64,000 nt of DNA from positions 28,852 through 92,851 of the forward strand of contig JBKUJR010000002.1 in NCBI GenBank assembly GCA_046952735.1, given 5' to 3'. The stretch comes from Clostridia bacterium (GTDB lineage Bacteria > Bacillota > Clostridia > UBA1212 > UBA1255). Under the pieces are notes generated by a model. That model had not been told where the DNA came from and did not search any database. It was given only the letters and a program-made list of their open reading frames with translations. Both the position numbers and the translations under genes were made by a program. The stretch's first letter is position 1, and each line of letters begins with the position of its first letter. Of this stretch, positions 17,502 through 26,135 are shown piece after piece.

Positions 17502-17505
17502 AGGC
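17429..17505 (-). tRNA. tRNA-Thr (anticodon GGU), 77 nt with encoded CCA
   Basis: Folded by hand: acceptor stem GCCTTCA/TGAAGGC, D arm GCTC...GAGC, anticodon stem CATCC/GGATG with loop AUGGUAA (GGU), T arm GCCGG-TTCGATC-CCGGC, then discriminator and CCA. A TTGAAT-17-TATATT promoter-like sequence lies just upstream on the minus strand. Confidence 0.88.
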
Positions 17506-17581
17506 GTAGCTCTGATAATATAGCATATATAAATATAAAATTCAAGACCTATTTTTAAAGATCTCGGCAGAGATCACGATT

Positions 17582-18325
17582 TCATTCCGGCGGCTGGAAT
17601 TCCAGCTCCGGTTCATATTTTACCGTATCGTTAAAGTGCCACCATTCGTTATAATATCCCTGAAATCCGCAGGATTGCATGATATCCTCAAGCATGCGGG
17701 CGTTTTCTGCCGCTGTTTTACCAACATCGCTATAGTCGCGGTCCGCCTCCGGTGTAAAATTATCAAACGGCGTCGGCATTTCGATTTCATTGCCGGCCGG
17801 ATCGACGAGCGTCAGATCCAGGGCGCAGCCGCGCGTATGATTGGAATATCCTATGTTGGGATTCGAGACAAAATTACCGTCGGGGCATATCTCCCATAGC
17901 TTTCGTTGTGCGGCAACAGGCCGGTAGGCATCCCAAATTTTGATGCGATACCCTTTTTCTGACAAAAGTTTCTGCGCCTGCGCCAGCTTTGCAACCGTTC
18001 CGTAACGCGCATACGCTTCCGTAAAATCGTAGATGATCTGCCCGGTAAAATTCTCTGTCGTGGCGTATTTCAAATCGATGAATGCTTCTGGTACGTAATC
18101 TATAATACGAACAAAATCGTGCGCTTCCGGGGTTGGCGCTGCGGTAGGAGACGGCGGTTCTGTGGGCGGGTGCGGCGTCTGCGTTACAGAAGCCGGGGTA
18201 TGAAACAGAACCATCGGCGTATTGCCCCCATTCTCCGTCTGTTTTTTGCTCGCGCAGGATCCCGTAGTAATGAATATCGCAGATAGAAAAGAAAAAAAAG
18301 AAAAAATTTTATTTTTAAATTTCAT
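17582..18325 (-). CDS. M15-family D-Ala-D-Ala dipeptidase (VanX-like) lipoprotein, 247 aa
   Basis: Signal peptide with lipobox (ITTGSC). Zn-binding SNHTRGCALDL ... WWHF motifs typical of the VanX/DdpX M15D family. A hairpin plus T-tract follows the gene at 17551-17575. Confidence 0.8.
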   Translation of the reverse strand: MKFKNKIFSFFSFLSAIFITTGSCASKKQTENGGNTPMVLFHTPASVTQTPHPPTEPPSPTAAPTPEAHDFVRIIDYVPEAFIDLKYATTENFTGQIIYDFTEAYARYGTVAKLAQAQKLLSEKGYRIKIWDAYRPVAAQRKLWEICPDGNFVSNPNIGYSNHTRGCALDLTLVDPAGNEIEMPTPFDNFTPEADRDYSDVGKTAAENARMLEDIMQSCGFQGYYNEWWHFNDTVKYEPELEFQPPE

Positions 18326-18353
18326 TTACAAGCACCTCAAAATATGGTATTAT
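18325..18353 (+). promoter_or_regulatory. promoter TTTACA-17-TATTAT for tRNA-Gly
   Basis: Read directly. It overlaps the 5' end of the divergent dipeptidase gene and sits 27 nt upstream of the tRNA 5' end. Confidence 0.35.
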
Positions 18354-18380
18354 AACTCCGTTGTTCTTCAACACAGGCGA

Positions 18381-18454
18381 GCGGGTGTAGTTCAATGGTA
18401 GAATTCCAGCTTCCCAAGCTGACTACGGGGGTTCGATTCCCCTCACCCGCTCCA
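18381..18454 (+). tRNA. tRNA-Gly (anticodon CCC), 74 nt with encoded CCA
   Basis: Folded by hand: acceptor GCGGGTG/CACCCGC, D arm GTTC...GAAT, anticodon loop UUCCCAA (CCC), T arm GGGGG-TTCGATT-CCCCT, then discriminator T and CCA. Confidence 0.88.
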
Positions 18455-18457
18455 TTT

Positions 18458-18865
18458 TTATTGTAAGATACAATGCATAACGACAGCATTTTCTTGTTTT
18501 CCGTAATAATCTTTTCTAATCGAAATTTCCCGAAAGCCTTCCTTTTGATAGAGTCGTCTCGCCGGCAGATTCCTTTCCCGCACCTCAAGGAATAATACGG
18601 TTGCGTCTTCCTCTATAAGCAGTTGTTTTATTTTCCGTAAAATGCATGTTCCGATTCCCATTCTGCGATTTTCTTTCCGTACCGCAAGCCGGAGAAGTTC
18701 GGCTTCACCGCACACGACCTGCATGCAGCAATATCCGACAACCTGTGTCTCCCAAAAAACAAGAAAGCACCGCATCGTTTCGTTGCGCAGCACGGCGGAT
18801 AAAGTTTCCTCCTCCCATGCATCCCGAAAGGATTCCGACTCAACCGCTGCGGCGGCGGAAAGCAA
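18458..18865 (-). CDS. rimI: GNAT N-acetyltransferase, ribosomal-protein-alanine acetyltransferase RimI-like, 135 aa
   Basis: GNAT motif A (RRMGIGTCILRKI) and its position directly downstream of tsaB, the canonical tsaE-tsaB-rimI arrangement. Confidence 0.75.
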   Translation of the reverse strand: MLSAAAAVESESFRDAWEEETLSAVLRNETMRCFLVFWETQVVGYCCMQVVCGEAELLRLAVRKENRRMGIGTCILRKIKQLLIEEDATVLFLEVRERNLPARRLYQKEGFREISIRKDYYGKQENAVVMHCILQ

Positions 18866-18881
18866 TTCTTCCGTTAATTCT

Positions 18882-19577
18882 TTAAATCGAAGCCGTGTAA
18901 TTTTTATAATACTCCACCCTCAGACGTTCCGCAGTACATTCCCCAAGCAAACCGCCGGCGTTTGCGGCGGCATATTTCTTCCGCGCCAGAAGCGAGATCG
19001 CCGCGGGATTCCCCATAGAAAATGCGACCGGAACAGGTTTGTACATCTGGCCGAGCAAGTCCGCCAGCAATCCGGCATTTACAACAGATCCGTCTCCGGT
19101 AAAAAGGATCTCCCGCCCTCCATATTCCTCTTTCAGTTTTTCGCACAGTTCTTTGCAAGAAAGAGCGCTTGTTTTCATAAGGGCTTTGCCGTTCTCATAT
19201 AAAGAAGCATACACGCGTTCGTTTCTCGCATCGATCAGCGGGCAGACGGGTAACGTGCCGCAAACATCGCACGCCGCTGCCAGCGCTTCCAGCGAATTGA
19301 TTCCAATCAGAGGAATTCCAAGCGCATATGCAAATGTTTTAGCCGTGGTTACGCCGATTCTGAGCCCCGTGTAGGAGCCGGGCCCGTTCGTAACGGCAAT
19401 CAGTCCCAGATCGGCCGGAACAACGCCTGCGGAAGACAAAATAGATGCGACGGCAGGCAGCATTTTGACCGAATGTGTTTTTTGATCCAGTATCTGAACG
19501 GAAGCAAGGATCGTATCGTCCTCAGAAACGGCAGCCATCGCCGTTTTACACGACGTATCTATGGAAAGGATTTTCAT
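18882..19577 (-). CDS. tsaB: tRNA threonylcarbamoyladenosine biosynthesis protein TsaB, 231 aa
   Basis: Inactive Kae1/YeaZ paralogue: MKILSIDTSCKTAMAAV..., GPGSYTGLRIG. Confidence 0.9.
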   Translation of the reverse strand: MKILSIDTSCKTAMAAVSEDDTILASVQILDQKTHSVKMLPAVASILSSAGVVPADLGLIAVTNGPGSYTGLRIGVTTAKTFAYALGIPLIGINSLEALAAACDVCGTLPVCPLIDARNERVYASLYENGKALMKTSALSCKELCEKLKEEYGGREILFTGDGSVVNAGLLADLLGQMYKPVPVAFSMGNPAAISLLARKKYAAANAGGLLGECTAERLRVEYYKNYTASI

Positions 19578-20026
19578 GCGCCAAACCTCCTGACCTCGAT
19601 TTCGCGGCGGTTCGGCGAAATATCGTCGCGCCGGATCATTTTGATCTGCGTAATACGATCTTTATAATATGCTTCGATTTCCGGTACGCGATCGGCCCAT
19701 TCGATAAAAGCGACGGCTTGTCTGTTCAAATATTCTTCAAAACCGATTTCCATAAGTTCATCATACGAGGAAATCCGGTACAGATCAAAATGGTAAAAGA
19801 AAAGATTTCCGCTCTTATATTCATTCACGATCGTAAAGGTAGGGCTCGTGATATACTCCGGGATGCCGAGCGCCTTTGCCGCGCCGCACGTAAAACGCGT
19901 TTTCCCCGCCCCCAGATCGCCGTATAACGTTACGATCTCTCCCGGTTTCAATATGCTTCCAATTTTTTCTCCCAACGCGCCGGTTTCTTCCTCGCTGTCA
20001 CTTTGAAATTTTAATAAGAGCTCCAT
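19574..20026 (-). CDS. tsaE: tRNA t6A biosynthesis ATPase TsaE, 150 aa
   Basis: Walker A GDLGAGKT and the YHFDLYR motif. A 4-nt overlap with tsaB. Confidence 0.9.
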   Translation of the reverse strand: MELLLKFQSDSEEETGALGEKIGSILKPGEIVTLYGDLGAGKTRFTCGAAKALGIPEYITSPTFTIVNEYKSGNLFFYHFDLYRISSYDELMEIGFEEYLNRQAVAFIEWADRVPEIEAYYKDRITQIKMIRRDDISPNRREIEVRRFGA

Positions 20027-20121
20027 TCCGGAAATCTCCTCGCTTCCTGTAAAATCGCGTCTATTATACTATATTGCGCTTTATTTTACAAAAGCAAAAA
20101 CAAAAGCTTTATGCGCTTATT

Positions 20122-21321
20122 TTATAAGGTAAATATACCCCCCCCCACCGCATTTTCGAATGCGCGGAGGAGCCGGTCGGAAAAGGCGCCGCAGTCGCCA
20201 TGGAAAATCATTTGCGTTGCTTTTTCCCGGGAATATGCCGGCTTATAGACACGCTCGCTGGTAAGGGCGTCGTATACGTCCGCGATCCCTACGACTTGCG
20301 CGCAAAACGGAATATCCTCTCCCAAAAGTCCTGCGGGATATCCTTTTCCGTCATACCGTTCATGGTGGAAGCGGCAGATTTCATAACTCATTTCTGCATA
20401 TATGGGACCGCCGCTGACATTCGGAATCATTTTAGCAATTTCAGCGCCGAGATTCGTATGCGTCTTCATAATCTCATATTCGGCGGCAGTCAGCCTCCCG
20501 GGTTTTTGTAAAATCGCATCCGAGATGCCGATTTTACCGATATCGTGGAGGGCGGAAAGGTTTACGATGATTTCTTTTTTTCTGTCGTCGAGCTGCTGTT
20601 CCGGATAAAGCGGAGCGGCATAATCCAATATGAGCTTGACGTAACTTTTGATTCTTCTGATATGGCCGCCGCTTTCCAGGGAACGATGCTCCAGAAGCGC
20701 TGCCATCAGATCCACAGTCTTCCAATAGCTGTTGCTGATCAAGTCGTTCTGCCGGCGCAGCATCCGTTCCTGCCGGAACTGGCGCTTCGTTTCGTCATTG
20801 ATGTTGCGCAGCGCCAGGATCAGAATCCGGGGGCCGACTATTTTACGGGAGAGCATCAGCTCCACCCATTCATAATGTTCGTCGTAGAGCCGGCGGTACT
20901 GGATATACCTTCTTTTATATCCGTATTCTTCCGCCGCATTCCGTTCAAAATCGGAAAATTGCAGATGTTTCATCACGGATTGCTTGTCCTGCGGATAAAC
21001 GAAATCGTTGCAGTATCTTTCTATGAATTCTCCATACGCTCCGGATTCGGGTATCTTCTTCATAAAGTTCGTTTCCTGAACATCAACGTACCGGTATGTA
21101 TCCGTATCCAAATCGACACAGATCGTACCAGAATATTGGGAACAGACATTTTTACTGATCGCTTCCTGCATATCAATCTGTTTTCTCAGATTTTGTACTT
21201 CCTCAGAGAACGGCTGCGTTTCTTCCTCCTGTTTCATAATCGATGCTCCATTATATAATGTATTTGAACTGCTGATATTCTGCACTGAATCTATTTTACA
21301 ATAAACGGCGGATAAAATCAA
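20122..21321 (-). CDS. HD-GYP domain phosphodiesterase (probable c-di-GMP hydrolase) with an uncharacterised N-terminal domain
   Basis: HD ...HDIGKIGI..., and HHERYDGKGYP (the GYP signature) in the C-terminal half. The likely start is an internal Met (MKQEEETQ...). A G9 homopolymer encodes the C-terminal GGG. Confidence 0.8.
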   Translation of the reverse strand: MILSAVYCKIDSVQNISSSNTLYNGASIMKQEEETQPFSEEVQNLRKQIDMQEAISKNVCSQYSGTICVDLDTDTYRYVDVQETNFMKKIPESGAYGEFIERYCNDFVYPQDKQSVMKHLQFSDFERNAAEEYGYKRRYIQYRRLYDEHYEWVELMLSRKIVGPRILILALRNINDETKRQFRQERMLRRQNDLISNSYWKTVDLMAALLEHRSLESGGHIRRIKSYVKLILDYAAPLYPEQQLDDRKKEIIVNLSALHDIGKIGISDAILQKPGRLTAAEYEIMKTHTNLGAEIAKMIPNVSGGPIYAEMSYEICRFHHERYDGKGYPAGLLGEDIPFCAQVVGIADVYDALTSERVYKPAYSREKATQMIFHGDCGAFSDRLLRAFENAVGGGIFTL

Positions 21322-21339
21322 CGGAATTTCTATATATAA

Positions 21340-21370
21340 CGAAAAAACCTTCCGAAAATTCCGGAAGGTT
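21340..21370 (-). terminator. intrinsic terminator after rpsI (9-bp stem AAACCTTCCG/CGGAAGGTTT plus T-tract)
   Basis: Minus-strand hairpin aaccttccg-gaatttt-cggaaggtt followed by TTTTTCGTT, read directly. Confidence 0.6.
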
Positions 21371-21382
21371 TCTGTAAAAGAC

Positions 21383-21778
21383 TTAACGTTTTGAGAATTG
21401 CGGCGCTCTTCTCGCTTTTTTGAGTCCGTATTTTTTTCTTTCCTTCATGCGCGGATCGCGTGTCAGGAAGCCTGCCTGTTTCAGAACAGGGCGCAGGTTC
21501 TCATCATATTCTAACAGCGCTCTGGCGAGGCCGTGACGGATCGCGCCCGCCTGGCCTGTGAAGCCGCCGCCCGTCACCTTGCAGATGACATCGAGCTTGC
21601 CGTCCGTACCTGTAATCGTCATGGGCTGACGTACGATAAGCTTAAGCGTTTCCAAACCAAAATATTCATCTATGCTTTTACCGTTGACGGTGATCGCGCC
21701 CGTTCCCGGAACGAGTTCCACGCGTGCAACTGATTTTTTTCTTCTTCCTGTACCGAAATACTGATCTGCCATTCTCAT
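21383..21778 (-). CDS. rpsI: 30S ribosomal protein S9
   Basis: [12 protein letters not shown] ... [17 protein letters not shown], the canonical S9 ends. Confidence 0.96.
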   Translation of the reverse strand: MRMADQYFGTGRRKKSVARVELVPGTGAITVNGKSIDEYFGLETLKLIVRQPMTITGTDGKLDVICKVTGGGFTGQAGAIRHGLARALLEYDENLRPVLKQAGFLTRDPRMKERKKYGLKKARRAPQFSKR

Positions 21779-21791
21779 TTGCCTCCTTTAA

Positions 21792-22229
21792 TTAAAATTC
21801 ATAAGCTTCGGGCTTCTGCGCCTGATTGACATGCTCAGGACCGGCGTAAACTTTGAGTTTTTTGATCATCGCTCTTCCCAGGGAATTTTTCGGGAGCATC
21901 CCCTTTACGGCAAGCTCCACCGGAGCGGCAGGATGCTTTTTGAGCAGATCCTTATACGGAACTTCTTTGAGTCCTCCGGGATATCCGGTGTGGTGGCGGT
22001 AAAGTTTATCCGTTACTTTCTTTCCGGTGACAACGACTTTTTCTGCGTTGACGACGATCACAAAATCGCCTGTATCGCAGTTCGGCGTGTATATGGGTTT
22101 ATGTTTCCCCATCAAGATTTTTGAAACTTCCGTTGCAAGCCTTCCCAATGTCTTTCCTTCGGCATCAATGATATACCATTTTTTATTGGCGGTATCTATT
22201 GCAGCCGCATTAGGCACATATGTCTTCAT
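21792..22229 (-). CDS. rplM: 50S ribosomal protein L13
   Basis: MKTYVPN...[17 protein letters not shown]...HHTGYPGG, canonical L13. Confidence 0.96.
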   Translation of the reverse strand: MKTYVPNAAAIDTANKKWYIIDAEGKTLGRLATEVSKILMGKHKPIYTPNCDTGDFVIVVNAEKVVVTGKKVTDKLYRHHTGYPGGLKEVPYKDLLKKHPAAPVELAVKGMLPKNSLGRAMIKKLKVYAGPEHVNQAQKPEAYEF

Positions 22230-22278
22230 AATCTAAAAACCTCCTTATATAAAGCCCGTCCGTCGGGCAACGGAAGTG

Positions 22279-22307
22279 ATCATACAACAATTTTGAGAGG
22301 ATGTCAA
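22279..22307 (-). promoter_or_regulatory. rplM-rpsI promoter TTGACA-17-TATGAT, followed by a short structured leader
   Basis: Minus strand TTGACAtcctctcaaaattgttgTATGAT. The leader carries the hairpin GCCCGacggaCGGGC just upstream of a GGAGG RBS. Confidence 0.55.
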
Positions 22308-22344
22308 TCTCAATTTCCGTTATTTTCAATATATATCTCTTTTA

Positions 22345-22387
22345 CTCTCGTTATCTCTTATTTTTTCTTAATTTCTCTCGTTATCTC
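22345..22387. repeat. two copies of a 13-bp direct repeat CTCTCGTTATCTC spaced 30 bp apart
   Basis: Read directly (22345-22357 and 22375-22387). It sits upstream of the rplM -35 element and about 50-100 bp upstream of the divergent glcK extended -10 (TGTGATATAAT at 22437-22447). Confidence 0.4.
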
Positions 22388-22495
22388 ACGCTTCATTTCA
22401 TTCATAAAAAAATTTTAATGCAAATTTTACCGGAAATGTGATATAATGCCCTTGAAAATTTTATTTTTCAAAAACCGTCAGGAGGAAAACGTGAA

Positions 22496-23440
22496 ATGTA
22501 TAGGATAGGTATAGATTTAGGCGGAACCAATATTTCCGCCGGTCTTGTAGGAGACGGGGGAAAATTATTATTTAAATCTTCGATGCCAACGGAAACGGGC
22601 ATTTCCGACGCCGAATTAACGGAATTGATGGCGAAGTTCTGTCTTCGGATCGTAAAACGCTGCGATATTTCCGAGCGCGATATCGAATCGATCGGTATCG
22701 GCTGCCCCGGCGTCTGTGACGATGAAAACGGTATTTTATTGTATACCGTAAACCTTCCCTTCCGGAACACCAATATCGCAGAAATTTTCTCCAAATTTAT
22801 CCATGCGCCAGTTCATCTTGCCAACGATGCCAACTGTGCGGCGCTCGGAGAAGTGGTGGCAGGCGGCGCAAAAGGTTACAAAAGTTCGATTACATTGACG
22901 CTGGGTACGGGAGTCGGCGGCGGGATCATTATCGACGGTAAGATTTATACCGGCTTTAATCACGCTGCGGGAGAGATGGGGCATATCACGATTCACGCAG
23001 GCGGAGAATCGTGCGGCTGCGGCAGAAGAGGCTGCCTGGAATCGTACGCTTCGGCATCTGCTCTGATCCGCGAATCGAAACGCGCTTTTCAGGAGCATCC
23101 CGATTCCATGATTCGTACGCTCTGCGACGGCGACCTAAATAAAATCAACGCAAAAACGCCGTTTGACGCGAAACGCGCCGGGGATAAAATCGGAACGGAA
23201 ATCGTGGACAAGTACATACGCGACCTGGGAGAAGGCATTATCAACTATATCAATATTTTCCAGCCGGAGATCATACTGCTCGGCGGCGGGGTTTCCAAAG
23301 AGGGAGATTATCTGCTGGAACCGCTCAGGGAATATGTGTTCCAGTATTCTTACGGACACGACTTTTTGCCCAGAACCAAAATCGAATGCGCCGTGCTCGG
23401 CAATGATGCGGGAATCATCGGCGCGGCAATGCTCGATTAA
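22496..23440 (+). CDS. glcK: ROK-family glucokinase, 314 aa
   Basis: N-terminal IGIDLGGTNI, and the ROK Zn motif CGCGRRGCLE. An AGGAGG RBS lies upstream. Confidence 0.9.
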   Translation: MYRIGIDLGGTNISAGLVGDGGKLLFKSSMPTETGISDAELTELMAKFCLRIVKRCDISERDIESIGIGCPGVCDDENGILLYTVNLPFRNTNIAEIFSKFIHAPVHLANDANCAALGEVVAGGAKGYKSSITLTLGTGVGGGIIIDGKIYTGFNHAAGEMGHITIHAGGESCGCGRRGCLESYASASALIRESKRAFQEHPDSMIRTLCDGDLNKINAKTPFDAKRAGDKIGTEIVDKYIRDLGEGIINYINIFQPEIILLGGGVSKEGDYLLEPLREYVFQYSYGHDFLPRTKIECAVLGNDAGIIGAAMLD

Positions 23441-24198
23441 TACGAAACCCGATATAGATAAAGGCCGTGCGGGGGTGCCGTCATCCCCGCTTTTTTTCGT
23501 TCCCGGGACCGAATCATTTCCGGGATTTCCTCGGGCCGGAACCTGCCTCTGACCACACCGGCAAGCGTCCCCGCAATAATTCTGACCATATTATATAAGA
23601 AACCATTTCCGCAGATTTCCAAATAAAAAATTTGATCCATATCCTGTTTCACTTCCGCGGAAAATATCGTACGTACCGTTGTCTTTGCAAGGCCGCCGGA
23701 GGCTTTAAATGCCGTAAAATCATGCGTGCCTGTTAAGAAACGGCACGCGCGGTTCGTGACCTGAAGAATTTCCTGCGTGGAAAGCGTCGTTTTTTTCGCG
23801 GCGTTCCACGCTCTGTTTTGCAGCAGCGGATGCTGTATTTCATCAAAATAAAAATAATACCGGTAGGTTTTGCTTTTTGCGGAATATACCGCATGGAATT
23901 CCGGCGGAACCTCCTCCGAAGCTTTAACTTTGATATCGCCCGGCAGAACCGGATTCAAAGCCTGGTACAGATTCTCTGCAGGGATCGTACAAGAGGTGTG
24001 AAAATTCGCAGCATAATGCAGCGCATGTACGCCGGCATCGGTACGGCTGCAGCCGATCATTTCAACCGTTTCCCCCGTCAATTTCCGAACGGCGATTTCC
24101 ATTGCGGACTGGACGGTAGGGATACTTTTGCTTCCCTGCCGCATCCATCCGGAATAATTGGTACCGTCGAATTCAAGGATCAATTTAATGTTCCGCAT
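23437..24198 (-). CDS. truA: tRNA pseudouridine(38-40) synthase TruA
   Basis: MRNIKLILEFDGTNYSGWMRQ... with catalytic Asp in RTDAGVHA. The start was chosen at the internal Met because the ORF is N-extended. Confidence 0.9.
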   Translation of the reverse strand: MRNIKLILEFDGTNYSGWMRQGSKSIPTVQSAMEIAVRKLTGETVEMIGCSRTDAGVHALHYAANFHTSCTIPAENLYQALNPVLPGDIKVKASEEVPPEFHAVYSAKSKTYRYYFYFDEIQHPLLQNRAWNAAKKTTLSTQEILQVTNRACRFLTGTHDFTAFKASGGLAKTTVRTIFSAEVKQDMDQIFYLEICGNGFLYNMVRIIAGTLAGVVRGRFRPEEIPEMIRSRERKKAGMTAPPHGLYLYRVSY

Positions 24199-24907
24199 TT
24201 TCCGAACTCTTTTTTTTCTGTAAAATACTGAGGTCAAATTCGATTTTCGTATGAAAAATATAATCCGATACGTATATATCGATCAGGCACGTCGCAAGCT
24301 CTACGAGCAGGAACAGGAGCACGCCCAAAGCGGCGGCTAAAATCACATTTGGAATTTTACTCTCCAGAAAAGTAATGGAATACGATAAAATGTAGCGGAT
24401 CAATACGGTTCCGAACGCAATCGCAGCTGCTTTTCCTATACTTTTTTTCGTGTAAAGAGAAGACAGGAACAGCGCCTTTCTCCCCCAAAGCCCGCTGCGC
24501 ACCGCCACATATTGGTAAAACGTATATGAAACGAACAAAATCAGTCCCGGGAAGAAGAACAGCATCATGCCGCATGTTACGGAAATGGCATAAAGAAGCG
24601 TCGTCAGCAAAATTTTAGGCCAGAGCCGCACGGAAAAATCCATGAGTTCCGGGATATTGGAAGACTTCTCTTCCAAGGCGTCGTAGGAAAGCTTGATAAC
24701 GGCGATCCGATAGACGTATAAAAACAGGCTGATCAGCCACATACTCATCATATACCAAAGCGTGCGCGCATCGCCTGACTGCAGATCGCCGGGCAAGGCG
24801 GGCGTAATCAGAAATTCCTGTATGAGGTAAACAGGGAGAACGATCATCAGGGAAAGAAGCAGAAGCGTTTTAAAATGATTTTTAAAAATCCGGATCGTGT
24901 TGTTCAT
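24185..24907 (-). CDS. polytopic membrane protein of unknown function (DUF975/YciC-like topology)
   Basis: About 6 predicted TM helices. The start is at MNNTIRIF, abutting the upstream ORF stop. Confidence 0.5.
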   Translation of the reverse strand: MNNTIRIFKNHFKTLLLLSLMIVLPVYLIQEFLITPALPGDLQSGDARTLWYMMSMWLISLFLYVYRIAVIKLSYDALEEKSSNIPELMDFSVRLWPKILLTTLLYAISVTCGMMLFFFPGLILFVSYTFYQYVAVRSGLWGRKALFLSSLYTKKSIGKAAAIAFGTVLIRYILSYSITFLESKIPNVILAAALGVLLFLLVELATCLIDIYVSDYIFHTKIEFDLSILQKKKSSENAEH

Positions 24908-25527
24908 CAGTGGCGCTGCTTCCTTTTTGCATTCTTTTTGCGGCTTGCATAGCTGTAATCCGCATTTTGACCGTGATGTTTCTTCTCCCACGATTTCGTA
25001 GCGAATCGAACGAATGTCCAGGAAAGAAAGAGTCCGATCAGCGCCATAACGGCGCATACGATATGGAACGACAGGATCGAGAGGTCGAAAAATACGGCGG
25101 AAGCTCCATCCGCATAGGAATGTTTATAACTGCTCAAACCGTTTCCCGCGATATTGATCCGATATAGTTCAAATGTTTTTTCTATAAAATTCATGTCGGG
25201 TTCCCGTACCTGCTGTGCATAAAGAATGGCACAGTCTGCAAACACGGCAAGCATGGTAGCCAGAATACAGGCCAGTACGAGCAAAAGCATATGGAAGTTT
25301 CTCTGGTCTTTTCTTTCTACGAAATATTGGTAAAACGCATAAGCGGACATTCCGACGAAGAGATATACGAGCCCTGTGATATTCCCCATAAAATAATCGA
25401 CGATCATACATACCGCCGCCCCGGTTACGGCGCCGAGCAAAGAAAATAAAAAGGCTCTCAGATTTTTTGTTTCTCCTTTTTGCTGCTTTTGGAGCTTTTG
25501 TTCATTTAACGCAGTGGGATCTACCAA
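24907..25527 (-). CDS. membrane protein of unknown function with a Lys-rich C-terminus, 206 aa
   Basis: Four to five hydrophobic helices. No recognisable catalytic motif. Confidence 0.45.
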   Translation of the reverse strand: MVDPTALNEQKLQKQQKGETKNLRAFLFSLLGAVTGAAVCMIVDYFMGNITGLVYLFVGMSAYAFYQYFVERKDQRNFHMLLLVLACILATMLAVFADCAILYAQQVREPDMNFIEKTFELYRINIAGNGLSSYKHSYADGASAVFFDLSILSFHIVCAVMALIGLFLSWTFVRFATKSWEKKHHGQNADYSYASRKKNAKRKQRH

Positions 25528-25542
25528 ATGTGATTCTCCTTT

Positions 25543-26046
25543 TCATGACTCGGTATCTTGTTCCAGAATCCGGAAGATACCGTCGATTTTTTCCGTTAGC
25601 GCTTCTTCGGTAAAATCCGTAGCTAACAGGATTTCGCTGAAGATCGCATTTTTGGAATTTGTCAGCAATTTTTTCTCTCCTGTGGAAAGGCTTCTTTTTT
25701 TCTCCCGCAGGCGCAGATATTTGTATACGTCGGCGGCATCCATGATGTCCCCCGAGCGCAGCTTGTCCAGATTTTCCCGATGCTTTTTATTCCAGTTCAA
25801 CGTGTTGATTTCACAAGGCGTACTGAGATGCGCAAATACCGCCTCGGCTTCTTCTGCCGGCATAACCGGACGCAGCCCGATATTGTCCGCGGAGTCTACA
25901 GGGATATTCAATTCCAGTTTACTGTGCGCAAGCGTCAGCAGATAATACAAATGCGTTTCCCCAAAGCATTCTTTTTCCTCGATCGACGTGATAATACCGG
26001 CTCCGTGGAAGGGATGCACGACCTTATCCCCTATCTCGTATCTCAT
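25543..26046 (-). CDS. CarD/CdnL-family RNA-polymerase-binding transcription factor, 167 aa
   Basis: N-terminal Tudor-like RID domain (MRYEIGDKVVHPFHGAGIITSIEE), the CarD_CdnL_TRCF signature. Confidence 0.8.
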   Translation of the reverse strand: MRYEIGDKVVHPFHGAGIITSIEEKECFGETHLYYLLTLAHSKLELNIPVDSADNIGLRPVMPAEEAEAVFAHLSTPCEINTLNWNKKHRENLDKLRSGDIMDAADVYKYLRLREKKRSLSTGEKKLLTNSKNAIFSEILLATDFTEEALTEKIDGIFRILEQDTES

Positions 26047-26135
26047 AATAAGACCTCTTATTCAAAAGCATTCGGTAAAAAAATGCTGTACTTAAAGTCT
26101 TATCTATTATATACTAATACCCTGTAAAAAACAAG

